Part shown: one piece after another, positions 1 through 8,235 of the stretch
Layout of the letters: each line of letters starts with the position of its first letter
Numbering within the stretch: the stretch's first letter is position 1
Origin: a virus
Taxonomy: Duplodnaviria; Caudoviricetes
Reading direction: 5' to 3' (one strand)
DNA: 52,418 nt
IMG/VR virus record: IMGVR_UViG_3300031673_000067
Coordinates: 1-52,418 of that record
Notes under the pieces: model-generated
Database searches by the model: none
What the model was told of the DNA's origin: nothing
The model's input: only the letters and a program-made list of their open reading frames with translations
Made by a program: the position numbers and the translations under genes

Positions 1-287
1 CGTTCCATATCAACAATTTATTGACGCAGGATATTTTGAGGTAAAAGAAAAAGTCATCCCCACCGGAGAGGCTATACCAGTTACTAAAGTCACATCATCT
101 GGTATTGTGGCGATAGAGAATATAATCAGGAGAATTGGAAATGACCTGTAAAGATTGTAAATATCAGTATAGTCATAGTAGCCGGTGTGTGTATTGTATG
201 CATTATTATGCTCGTATATATACAATACCAGACCAGATTAAAAATAAATTAACTGATAGAAAGGTGAGCATATGCAAATAATTAATA
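1..287. repeat. Left terminal overlap, near-identical to 51002-51288
   Basis: Base-by-base comparison at offset 51001. Identical over 1-113, then transitions at 114, 162, 194, 197, 200 and 270. Similarity ends a few codons into the exonuclease genes. Confidence 0.97.
141..281 (+). CDS. 46-aa CxxC...CxxC zinc-finger microprotein (allele A)
   Basis: Manual translation MTCKDCKYQYSHSSRCVYCMHYY...VSICK*. AGGAG upstream. Overlaps the antirepressor stop and the exonuclease start. Frame conserved in the second copy. Confidence 0.65.
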   Translation: MTCKDCKYQYSHSSRCVYCMHYYARIYTIPDQIKNKLTDRKVSICK

Positions 288-1054
288 CCGAAATTATAAC
301 TAATGACTATTACAAAGTTCCTGCATTATCAAAAAGTTTTCTTGCAAAATTTGCAATTTCCCCGGCACATGCATTTACTAGAACTAAGTCAAAAGCGCTG
401 GGAGACGGGAAATTATTTCACGAATTCGTATTAGAGCCAGAAATATTTAATGCTAATTATGCTATTACATCATTATCGTTAGCAACAAAAGAAGGAAAAG
501 AATTTAAAGAGAATAATAAAAACAAAGAAATTATAAAAACACACGATATGGAAAAATATATTTCTATGCGAAATAATCTATTAAATTTTGATTTTTTCTT
601 TTGCAATGATTCTATGACATTTGGGGAAATAATTGTGAATTCTATAATAGAACAGGGATTTTTCGCAACTGCCAGGATATATGATATAGAATTTTCGATT
701 AAAATTAAACCGGATTTGTATCTTGAACACGATAATACAATCTTGATATTTGATCTCAAAACAGTAGAAAACGCATATAAAAACCAGCGCTGGGATTTTA
801 TTAATTACAAATATGATTGGCAATCAGAGCTATATAAAACTGTAATGCAGGCTAGATACCCGGATAAACAGATCAGATTTATATTTGTTTTGTGCGAAAA
901 AAATCAACCATTTGGCATTCGTTATGTAGAAGTTTTTAGCCCCCACGCTCTAAATAGAATAGAGGATGTTATTTTATTGCATCATGAGTGGGAATTGTCG
1001 GGAGGTGATAAATCTATTATATACAGCCCGAGTATAGAGGTATTAGAAATATGA
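272..1054 (+). CDS. PD-(D/E)XK exonuclease, RecE/ExoVIII C-terminal (DUF3799)-like (allele A)
   Basis: Motifs YYKVPALSKS, GKLFHEFVLEP, KIKPD, IFDLKT, YDWQSELY, FIFVLCEKNQPF; RBS AAGGTGA. Confidence 0.85.
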   Translation: MQIINTEIITNDYYKVPALSKSFLAKFAISPAHAFTRTKSKALGDGKLFHEFVLEPEIFNANYAITSLSLATKEGKEFKENNKNKEIIKTHDMEKYISMRNNLLNFDFFFCNDSMTFGEIIVNSIIEQGFFATARIYDIEFSIKIKPDLYLEHDNTILIFDLKTVENAYKNQRWDFINYKYDWQSELYKTVMQARYPDKQIRFIFVLCEKNQPFGIRYVEVFSPHALNRIEDVILLHHEWELSGGDKSIIYSPSIEVLEI

Positions 1055-1063
1055 GGAGTAAAT

Positions 1064-1372
1064 ATGAATGAATTAGACGTAAAAGAAAAAATTGAAAATG
1101 AATTAAATGAGTATAAAAAGAAAACAATATTTTCTGATGAATTGTTGTGGATTGTCGAATATTTTGACGAATTAAATATCAGATATCTGTTAGACGCTAA
1201 TGATTTAACTTTTCAGTTTAGCTGTTACAATGAACAAATAGAGAATGATGTTAGAGCTATTGCAAAAAGCAATTATCTAACAGGTATTTTCGATGTGGAT
1301 TTTTATATCAAAGATATTTTTGATACTGGCGAGAAAACATTATTTATGAAATTAGAAAGGAAATTAAAATGA
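1064..1372 (+). CDS. Hypothetical protein (short N-terminus allele)
   Basis: 102-aa ORF with GAGGAG RBS; ATGA overlap with the next gene. Confidence 0.8.
   Translation: MNELDVKEKIENELNEYKKKTIFSDELLWIVEYFDELNIRYLLDANDLTFQFSCYNEQIENDVRAIAKSNYLTGIFDVDFYIKDIFDTGEKTLFMKLERKLK
1082..1208. repeat. 127-bp exact copy of the window's last 127 bases (52292-52418)
   Basis: Direct comparison at offset 51210. Confidence 0.97.
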
Positions 1373-1836
1373 GATTTACAATTAAAGAAATTATTAAAAC
1401 TCTCCCTGTTGAAAGTTTTACAGCCCGTGATGGGAAGCCAATGACAAAATTCAAATGGATGGTTAATGGCACAAATGAACAAAATCAGGTAATGCAGAAT
1501 GTCGGTATATACTCATTTTCGAAATGGATTGCAGAAAATCTTAAACCCGGTGTTTACAATGTCGAGCTTGATAATTACCAATTGCAACATAATAATGTAT
1601 CAGTGTATAAAATCACCGATACAAAACCCGAAACTGACAACTATAAACAATATGGTAAAAGTTCGAATAATGTGTCTATTGACAAATTCTGGCATTTAGA
1701 ATCATTAGTCTGGAATCATTTACAAAATAAAGGCATTAGTTCTGAACAGGCATTTATTGATTATGCTGCGAAAGTTTTCGCAACTGCGTGCGTAAATATA
1801 GACTGGAATACAATAGACTCAAATATTGACAAATAA
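1369..1836 (+). CDS. Putative ssDNA-binding/recombination protein; SSB-type acidic tail lies beyond an in-frame TAA
   Basis: Sits after the exonuclease. The same frame continues past TAA(1834-1836) to ...GDTPDDDIPF*(1905). Confidence 0.55.
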   Translation: MRFTIKEIIKTLPVESFTARDGKPMTKFKWMVNGTNEQNQVMQNVGIYSFSKWIAENLKPGVYNVELDNYQLQHNNVSVYKITDTKPETDNYKQYGKSSNNVSIDKFWHLESLVWNHLQNKGISSEQAFIDYAAKVFATACVNIDWNTIDSNIDK

Positions 1837-1930
1837 ATAGATCAAATGAAAAATAATGTTAATCAGGTTTTCGGGGATACCCCGGATGACGATATCCCAT
1901 TCTGAAGATATCCCGTTTTAAGGAAAAACA

Positions 1931-2080
1931 ATGATTATTTTAGCTGAACATAACGGAAACGTATTATACCGCTGCGACTGCGGGTATATTACAAATTATG
2001 AACTATGTGCACAATGTGGCACAAAATTAAAAGAATTATATTTTAAAATGAAGTATAATAATAAAAAGGAGCTACAATGA
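1931..2080 (+). CDS. 49-aa zinc-ribbon microprotein
   Basis: Manual translation MIILAEHNGNVLYRCDCGYITNYELCAQCGTKL...; TAAGGA RBS; ATGA overlap with 2077. Confidence 0.65.
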   Translation: MIILAEHNGNVLYRCDCGYITNYELCAQCGTKLKELYFKMKYNNKKELQ

Positions 2081-2550
2081 CAAAACAAGAAATTATGCAA
2101 ATGGTTAAAAAACCTAAATCAAAAGTATTAGAATTTTTGTTGACAATTCCTGAGGCAGGAAAAGTGAAATATCTTGAGGAATGTCAACTGGTTTTGACGG
2201 ACATCTTTATTGGTGAAATGAAATATAATTTACATCCAGCAAAGTCAAAAAACATTAAAGAGCGTTTTAAAGTGATTGAGAAAATCTTGATTGCATATGG
2301 ATGTAACCAGGATAAAATTGATTACGGCATCAATGCACTTGCGCAAATCGCAATCTACGGATATGAGAAAAAAGCTATAAAAGATAAACTTATAAACAAA
2401 TACAACCCTGTCAACGATGGCATAAATGTAGGTAATGAGATTGCTAAATTACAAAAAGCCAATGCTGGAAAATCTGATAGTATATTTGAGGTTTCTGAGT
2501 TGGATTCTGTAATTGATCCTCTATCTTATGCAAGAGCATTCTGGAGATGA
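2077..2550 (+). CDS. Hypothetical protein translationally coupled to the histidine kinase
   Basis: 157-aa ORF, AAGGAG RBS, ATGA overlap with 2547. Confidence 0.8.
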   Translation: MTKQEIMQMVKKPKSKVLEFLLTIPEAGKVKYLEECQLVLTDIFIGEMKYNLHPAKSKNIKERFKVIEKILIAYGCNQDKIDYGINALAQIAIYGYEKKAIKDKLINKYNPVNDGINVGNEIAKLQKANAGKSDSIFEVSELDSVIDPLSYARAFWR

Positions 2551-3920
2551 CATATTTAAGAATTGATGATTTGCAAAAAGTCAGAAATCATGTCCATTTT
2601 GCAGCAGCGTCATTATTTACGGTAGGCGGTATCTGGTCTACCGTATTAAATTTTAATGATTATAGACAAAGCAACTTAATCAACACACTAAATGTCAATA
2701 GTGTTAAATATGTTCTATTATGCACAATATTAATGGCATTTACGTTTATTCCTCATAGGATATCTCGATATATACAGGTAGCAACTCTTCTATTAGCATC
2801 AACATTATGTATACTGATCAACAATGAAATAGGGGTTGTAGCAGAGTTCCCGTTTCTGGCATGTGCAATTGTTTTAATGTTAGCGTATGGATTTCTCGGT
2901 GATCAGTCTCTTATTTACGATATTAAAAAACATAAATTATTTTTATTAATAACATGGTTTATTCTGGCTTATGTTATCAAGTTTTATATTTATAAATTTG
3001 ATATTATTCAATTTACAATTAGTTATCTTAATCAATATTTTTATTTTTTTGCGTTTTCTATTATTTTAATATTGTCGTTAAAATTAATCATAAGTATTTC
3101 TAATAACATAATCATCAAATTGCGTGAAACAAACATAAATATATCTAACGAAGCAAAGTTATTATATACAGAAATACTAACCAAAAACAACGAGATTGAT
3201 ATTAAAAACAAAGAGATCAATAAAATAACTAAAGAACTATTAATGAAAAACACTTTGACTGAAATAGGAAAAGCTACTTCTAACACGCTACACAGCATAG
3301 GAAATGTTTTAGCACAGGTTAAACTTTTAGGCGATTATATAGAAACTGACTTATCAAAAACTGAGGATATATTCCTCTATGTTGATGTGTCATTAAAATC
3401 TATAAATGACGCTATTAAACTCGTAAATAACGAAAGAAACTATCTTAAATTTGGCATCTCTAATGATATGATGTTAAATGATGTAAAGGATATTATTGAA
3501 GCTGTTTTATATCTATATCGTATAAAAGACAAATATAATTTCATTACCAGTTATTCTAATAATCTAGTAATCAACATCAACGCATGCGAATTCAAAGAGG
3601 CTTTTATGAACATCTTAAAAAATGCTATAGAGGCATCTGAAGATATAATAAAGCCTAATATCTATATAACTGCAAACAGAATTGATGAATATATATATGT
3701 TGAAATAACAGACCAGGGTACCGGTATTGAGATATGTAGTATTTGCGGCAAAAACAATTGTTTAGAATGTAATAAATTTTCACTTGGTAATACAACAAAA
3801 ATAAATGGTTCAGGAAACGGAAAAAGGCAGGTTATAGATTTTTGCAATAAATATGATTATGGATTTAAAATTAAATCAGAGGTAAATAATTTTACAAAAA
3901 TTACTTTGGAATTGAAATGA
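2547..3920 (+). CDS. Membrane sensor histidine kinase (multi-TM input, coiled coil, HisKA-like, HATPase_c)
   Basis: About 5-6 hydrophobic segments; H-box-like NTLHSIGNVL; N-box FMNILKNAIEA; G1 EITDQGTGI; F/G2 FSLGNTTKINGSGNG. Confidence 0.9.
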   Translation: MTYLRIDDLQKVRNHVHFAAASLFTVGGIWSTVLNFNDYRQSNLINTLNVNSVKYVLLCTILMAFTFIPHRISRYIQVATLLLASTLCILINNEIGVVAEFPFLACAIVLMLAYGFLGDQSLIYDIKKHKLFLLITWFILAYVIKFYIYKFDIIQFTISYLNQYFYFFAFSIILILSLKLIISISNNIIIKLRETNINISNEAKLLYTEILTKNNEIDIKNKEINKITKELLMKNTLTEIGKATSNTLHSIGNVLAQVKLLGDYIETDLSKTEDIFLYVDVSLKSINDAIKLVNNERNYLKFGISNDMMLNDVKDIIEAVLYLYRIKDKYNFITSYSNNLVININACEFKEAFMNILKNAIEASEDIIKPNIYITANRIDEYIYVEITDQGTGIEICSICGKNNCLECNKFSLGNTTKINGSGNGKRQVIDFCNKYDYGFKIKSEVNNFTKITLELK

Positions 3921-4081
3921 AAATATATTATATAAATAAATGTGCTGACTGCAAATATTGTGAAGTTGATTATTATACATGGGTTTTATATTGTGCTAAA
4001 GAAAATAGAATAATTGGAGATTATTTTACTGATAATGTTATACCTGAATGGTGTAAGCTAAAAATTCATTTGAGTAAATAA
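3917..4081 (+). CDS. 54-aa Cys-rich microprotein
   Basis: Manual translation MKIYYINKCADCKYCE...YCAKE...VIPEWCKLKIHLSK*; ATGA overlap with the kinase stop. Confidence 0.6.
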   Translation: MKIYYINKCADCKYCEVDYYTWVLYCAKENRIIGDYFTDNVIPEWCKLKIHLSK

Positions 4082-4884
4082 TTAAGTTTGTCATCATTTT
4101 TGACCCTAAACGAATATTGCGAGATGATTGCATCATTTAGTTGGTATCCAATAAAATTTAGGCCTTCCCTTTCCTCTTCCTGCGCATCTAACAATAATCT
4201 TAACTCTCTAAATCTTTTTACTTTTATATAATCTTCCCATATTTGCGAAAGAAAAAAATCTAATATTTGTGTACAGTCCTTCTCAATCGATATTAATGCT
4301 TCCGTATTGGATAGAAAATCTTGTTTTAATTTATCTATAATTTTTATATTGATTAAAGACTTAGCTGTTGTATATAACTCATTATAATCTTTGTGACTGG
4401 TAAACCCTAACTCCAGCGGTTCTATATAAGATAAAATCTGTCCTTTTAAAATTATAATTAATCCCTTATCTGTGCCTGTATAACTACATATCATTTTACT
4501 AAGTCGCTCTATGCTCGGATAAATCCCCAGTTTTTCCATTGCGAGGTGAAACGACTGGCGGTCTTTTTCTGAATTAAACACAGCCTTTTCCATCAGGATA
4601 TAATATTTATCCTGTAGTTCTAATTCTTTTTTTTTATTTTCTATTTTTTGTTTTTCTATTTCACGTTTTTCTTTTTCAGCTTGTTTTATTTCTATTTCTT
4701 TTCTATGACTTTTAATTATATTAATTAAACTCTCTAACCCTCGATTAATAAATTTTATGATTATGTAAACAATCAAAAAAAAAGAGCCTAATACAATAAG
4801 CCCTTTTATGCCTCCAATCAGATCAAACAGCTTTACAACTGCATCGGGATTATCCAAGGCTTTTTCTAATATTTTTTCATTCAT
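4066..4884 (-). CDS. Membrane-anchored coiled-coil hypothetical protein
   Basis: One TM (GLIVLGSFFLIVYIII) followed by a charged coiled coil. Confidence 0.75.
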   Translation of the reverse strand: MNEKILEKALDNPDAVVKLFDLIGGIKGLIVLGSFFLIVYIIIKFINRGLESLINIIKSHRKEIEIKQAEKEKREIEKQKIENKKKELELQDKYYILMEKAVFNSEKDRQSFHLAMEKLGIYPSIERLSKMICSYTGTDKGLIIILKGQILSYIEPLELGFTSHKDYNELYTTAKSLINIKIIDKLKQDFLSNTEALISIEKDCTQILDFFLSQIWEDYIKVKRFRELRLLLDAQEEEREGLNFIGYQLNDAIISQYSFRVKNDDKLNYLLK

Positions 4885-5587
4885 TATTTTTTTTAATAAT
4901 AGTATATAATATTTTTGCTAATTTTTTATAATTAGAAAAAAACATAGAATGATCTGTTTCAATGTTAATTATGTTTTCAATTTCATTATCATTAATCATT
5001 TGTTGCTGTAAATCATAACTAATAGCATGATCTAACAATGTTGATATATAATATTTTTTTGCAATTTTATATTTTGTACCCAATACCATTTTTTCGGTAA
5101 ATGGTATTAATGGTTCTATTGTCAATAATTGTCTTGCTAAATAATGATACATCGTATCACACTCATTATAAAACGCATCAATTATACATTCTCTATTAAT
5201 ATCAACTGTTTTATTTTCTTCATCAACAATAAGATTTTTTCCAGCGATACTATCAATATCTGTCATCGCATAATCTAATAATGATTTTCCGTTTGCTGGT
5301 GCAAATGCTGACAAATATACTCCTGTGACATCTGGATATTTTTCTAGTAATGTGCTTAAAACAATACCAGACATACTGTGTGCTACTATTATAGTTTTTT
5401 TATCAATTATTTGATCTACAATATTAACATAGTTTTGTAATGTTATATTACCAGGATTTTCTTTAGATATGCCATGTCCGGGGAGTTCTACTGCTATTGT
5501 GTTTATACCACTATAATTTAGCATTTTTTCAATTTGAAACCAGCACCATGCACCATGCCATGCCCCGTGTAATAATATTACTCTCAT
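4877..5587 (-). CDS. Alpha/beta hydrolase, methylesterase (SABP2/HNL-like) type
   Basis: HGAWHGAWCW, ELPGHG, nucleophile elbow AHSMSG, Asp in LLDHAI, His in TDHSMF. Confidence 0.9.
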   Translation of the reverse strand: MRVILLHGAWHGAWCWFQIEKMLNYSGINTIAVELPGHGISKENPGNITLQNYVNIVDQIIDKKTIIVAHSMSGIVLSTLLEKYPDVTGVYLSAFAPANGKSLLDYAMTDIDSIAGKNLIVDEENKTVDINRECIIDAFYNECDTMYHYLARQLLTIEPLIPFTEKMVLGTKYKIAKKYYISTLLDHAISYDLQQQMINDNEIENIINIETDHSMFFSNYKKLAKILYTIIKKNNE

Positions 5588-5588
5588 A

Positions 5589-6311
5589 TTATTCCCCCTT
5601 TAATATTTTAATATTATTTTGTTTTTCTGCATCTTTTAATATGTCTATGTGTATATCTGTCGAAATTTCTTTACATTCTTCTAATAAAGTTTTTATGTGT
5701 GTGTCGTTTAATTCGTTTATTTTTTCACCACACTTTTTTATAAATTCTGATCGAGATAGCATATCAAAAGAAAAACTAATATCATTTATTTTTGACTGGA
5801 CTTTACTAAAAACATAACTGTTAACAAAATCTTTATATTTTTCCCATTCATTTATATTGTCATATTTATATAAATGATTTTCTTTTAATATTACTCTCAT
5901 TGTATTTATAAATTCAACCATTCCCGTATTAATAAACAGTTTTAATAGTTTATATTTCTCTTCCGTCTCATTTAATTCAAATTCATTTTTTACAATATTC
6001 ATGATCTTATATATAATAATATCTTTATTTCTTTCTACAATAATCATTTGTTTTTCTATAATTTGTTTTCTCAGAAAATGTATATTATCATTAGCTCTAA
6101 TAATATCCTCAGCAATCTGATCTATTTTTAACTGTGATACACAAAATAAATCATCATTTATTTTTTTTATCTTTATTTCGTTATCATTAAGATTTATTTC
6201 ACCAAATTTAGATTTTATTTTCAGATTTGCTTTTTTAAATATTGCTATAATTATAATTATCAAAACAATAACTGAAATTATTAATATACCTAAAATCATG
6301 TATTCATTCAT
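5589..6311 (-). CDS. N-terminally membrane-anchored hypothetical protein
   Basis: Strong TM at residues ~5-25; helical remainder. Confidence 0.75.
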   Translation of the reverse strand: MNEYMILGILIISVIVLIIIIIAIFKKANLKIKSKFGEINLNDNEIKIKKINDDLFCVSQLKIDQIAEDIIRANDNIHFLRKQIIEKQMIIVERNKDIIIYKIMNIVKNEFELNETEEKYKLLKLFINTGMVEFINTMRVILKENHLYKYDNINEWEKYKDFVNSYVFSKVQSKINDISFSFDMLSRSEFIKKCGEKINELNDTHIKTLLEECKEISTDIHIDILKDAEKQNNIKILKGE

Positions 6312-6570
6312 TTGTTGTCAACTCAATTACTTTCGCAGCCCATAACTCCCATTCGTTTTGTTTATCATCAATATCTTTTAAAAACTCTGCAAATAACTGT
6401 TTTTGTTCAACTGTCATATTTTCAATAAGTTTATTTATTATAATCTTATCATAAATTACTGGTGCTGGAGTTACCGGATAATCATAACTCGGATAAACAT
6501 ATTCAGTCGTTTTGCAGCCGCTTATTGTTAGCATCAATAATAGAATCAATAACGTTGTTAATTTCTTCAT
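6304..6570 (-). CDS. o-spanin (Rz1-like) lipoprotein
   Basis: Start reassigned to 6570 (AAGGAGG RBS). MKKLTTLLILLLMLTISG-C lipobox, Pro-rich PVTPAP, overlaps the 3' end of the i-spanin. Confidence 0.75.
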   Translation of the reverse strand: MKKLTTLLILLLMLTISGCKTTEYVYPSYDYPVTPAPVIYDKIIINKLIENMTVEQKQLFAEFLKDIDDKQNEWELWAAKVIELTTNE

Positions 6571-6805
6571 CTGTTTGTGCCTCCTTAATTTTCTGCTTAA
6601 CATGATAATTGTCTTTTATAATTTCATCTTTAGCATTTTGATAATCTTTTAATATAGTAAGATTTTTTTCTTTCATCTTAACAGTTTCTTTTAAATTATT
6701 TATTTCTTTGTTTTTTCTTTTAATCACTTTTGACATAACAATTATTGTTATTATCAATATTGTTATTGTTAATATAATAGTTCCTATTATTATTGCATAT
6801 ACCAT
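6503..6805 (-). CDS. i-spanin (Rz-like)
   Basis: Start reassigned to 6805 (GGGAG RBS). N-terminal TM plus coiled coil, followed by the lipoprotein. Confidence 0.7.
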   Translation of the reverse strand: MVYAIIIGTIILTITILIITIIVMSKVIKRKNKEINNLKETVKMKEKNLTILKDYQNAKDEIIKDNYHVKQKIKEAQTDEEINNVIDSIIDANNKRLQND

Positions 6806-6971
6806 TGTTTTTCTCCCACTCATTTCTAAATTTAGCAGCAAATAATCGTATCCACTCATATATTGCGATTTCGCCTACGTCATATCCAAGCTGTTCAGAT
6901 TTTAGCCATTTATATTTTAACATTTCTTGAATCTGTGCTTGTAAACATTCATGCTCTAATTGCCAATCCAT
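6720..6971 (-). CDS. Small DUF4032-like protein
   Basis: QIQEMLKYKWLKSEQLGYDVG...AIYEWI pattern recalled from DUF4032-type domains. Confidence 0.5.
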   Translation of the reverse strand: MDWQLEHECLQAQIQEMLKYKWLKSEQLGYDVGEIAIYEWIRLFAAKFRNEWEKNNGICNNNRNYYINNNNIDNNNNCYVKSD

Positions 6972-6973
6972 GA

Positions 6974-7237
6974 TTATTTTTTCTTAGCGAAATTACTTCC
7001 GAGTTTAGCGCCCCAGACAGTTACAAATATTGTTCCCTGGAATGTCAATGTAGCTACAAATGTGTTAGAATCCATACCGTTTTCTGAAAACAATGACAGA
7101 ATACAATAAGCTCCACCCATCATAACCAATATTTCCGATACAATAAACGCAATTGACCCAAGTATTTTTCCGGTAGTCATTTTTTTAGGCTCTTCTTTAG
7201 TTTCTCCTGTTGATATAGGCGTTTCTTGATCACTCAT
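6974..7237 (-). CDS. Putative holin (2 TM)
   Basis: 87 aa, two hydrophobic helices, basic C-terminus AKKK, next to the spanins. Confidence 0.6.
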   Translation of the reverse strand: MSDQETPISTGETKEEPKKMTTGKILGSIAFIVSEILVMMGGAYCILSLFSENGMDSNTFVATLTFQGTIFVTVWGAKLGSNFAKKK

Positions 7238-8235
7238 AACATCTCCTTAAATACATCTGTATATTTATAATATTCTTTTAGATACACATCAATTAACCCA
7301 AAATTATTATTTTCTCCATCGGCCGGGTTTGATCTTCCCCCTGCCGGCTGATCAACATATGCAAAATGATGAAAACCAACAATCCAGGGCTTATTTGTCA
7401 TCCTTATAAAATTTCTTAGTTGTTCTGCTCTTTGTTTTTGGTTTTTATACCGGGGATAAATTCTTTTTATCGTGCTAGGAGTATTTTCAGTAATAGCACG
7501 GAAACCAAATTCTGATATAAGTATAGGTTTTCCTGATATCTGATAAAATCTCTTTAGACAATTTAATGTCATTGTGTGACCTAATATTACCGGAAATATA
7601 TACTCTAACCCCATTCTTAATTTATAGAAATTTACGCTTATGACATCGCAATATTTACCTGCAATTTTCAATACATATCTTGGTGTACATGCACTTACAA
7701 ATCTTACTCCTAAATTAAGCGTATTAGAACAATTCTTTAATATACTATTTGTAGTTTCAAAAAAAGCCTCTGTTTGCTCTTTTGTTTGATTGCTGAACTT
7801 TCTCCAATCACGTCCCCACCACATTTCATTACCAATAAAATAGCCCAGGATTTTTTTATCTTTATCTTTTGCCAGTTGTTCCATTATCTGCTGTTCTGCA
7901 TAATCACGCCATTCCTTTTTTGTGTAATCGTTATCAGTACCCCCGTTATTTTTTGATGTATATATAATAGGTGTTGAGTATTTAAAATATCCAAGATTGC
8001 CTTTACACCATGCCCCATAAGTGTTTAATTTAGTTTCATCCATAAAACTATTTATATATTCAATCCAGTCAGAATCACTCTTAAATTTTTTATCATATGT
8101 TTCTTTAAATATATTTCTTTTTGTAATATAGTCAACACTTCCGCCTGGTGAAACACTATTACATCCAATACTTTTGAATGTTTCCCCATCATGATCTTTA
8201 AAATAATAATTATTGTTTATTTTTGTTATTTTCAT
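7234..8235 (-). CDS. Clan GH-A glycoside hydrolase, GH50 (beta-agarase)-like catalytic domain
   Basis: GYFIGNEMWW (acid/base), LGVRF, YCDVISVNFY, GKPILISEFGF (nucleophile), IVGFHHFAYVDQP, DGENNNFGLID. Confidence 0.8.
   Translation of the reverse strand: MKITKINNNYYFKDHDGETFKSIGCNSVSPGGSVDYITKRNIFKETYDKKFKSDSDWIEYINSFMDETKLNTYGAWCKGNLGYFKYSTPIIYTSKNNGGTDNDYTKKEWRDYAEQQIMEQLAKDKDKKILGYFIGNEMWWGRDWRKFSNQTKEQTEAFFETTNSILKNCSNTLNLGVRFVSACTPRYVLKIAGKYCDVISVNFYKLRMGLEYIFPVILGHTMTLNCLKRFYQISGKPILISEFGFRAITENTPSTIKRIYPRYKNQKQRAEQLRNFIRMTNKPWIVGFHHFAYVDQPAGGRSNPADGENNNFGLIDVYLKEYYKYTDVFKEML

Noticed and set aside
1-287. Near-identical repeat pair with clustered substitutions, suggesting a DGR template/variable repeat
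   Set aside because: No reverse transcriptase in the window. The differences are all transitions and go in both directions, consistent with ordinary allelic divergence.
1834-1836. Genome-wide stop-codon reassignment, prompted by in-frame TAA here and at 39542-39544
   Set aside because: TAA, TAG and TGA all end well-defined genes, and the long structural genes are uninterrupted in the standard code.
1931-4081. Complete agr-like or arbitrium-like peptide signalling cassette around the kinase
   Set aside because: No AgrB-like protease, AgrD-like propeptide or TPR receptor is recognisable. The flanking small ORFs look like generic zinc-binding phage proteins.
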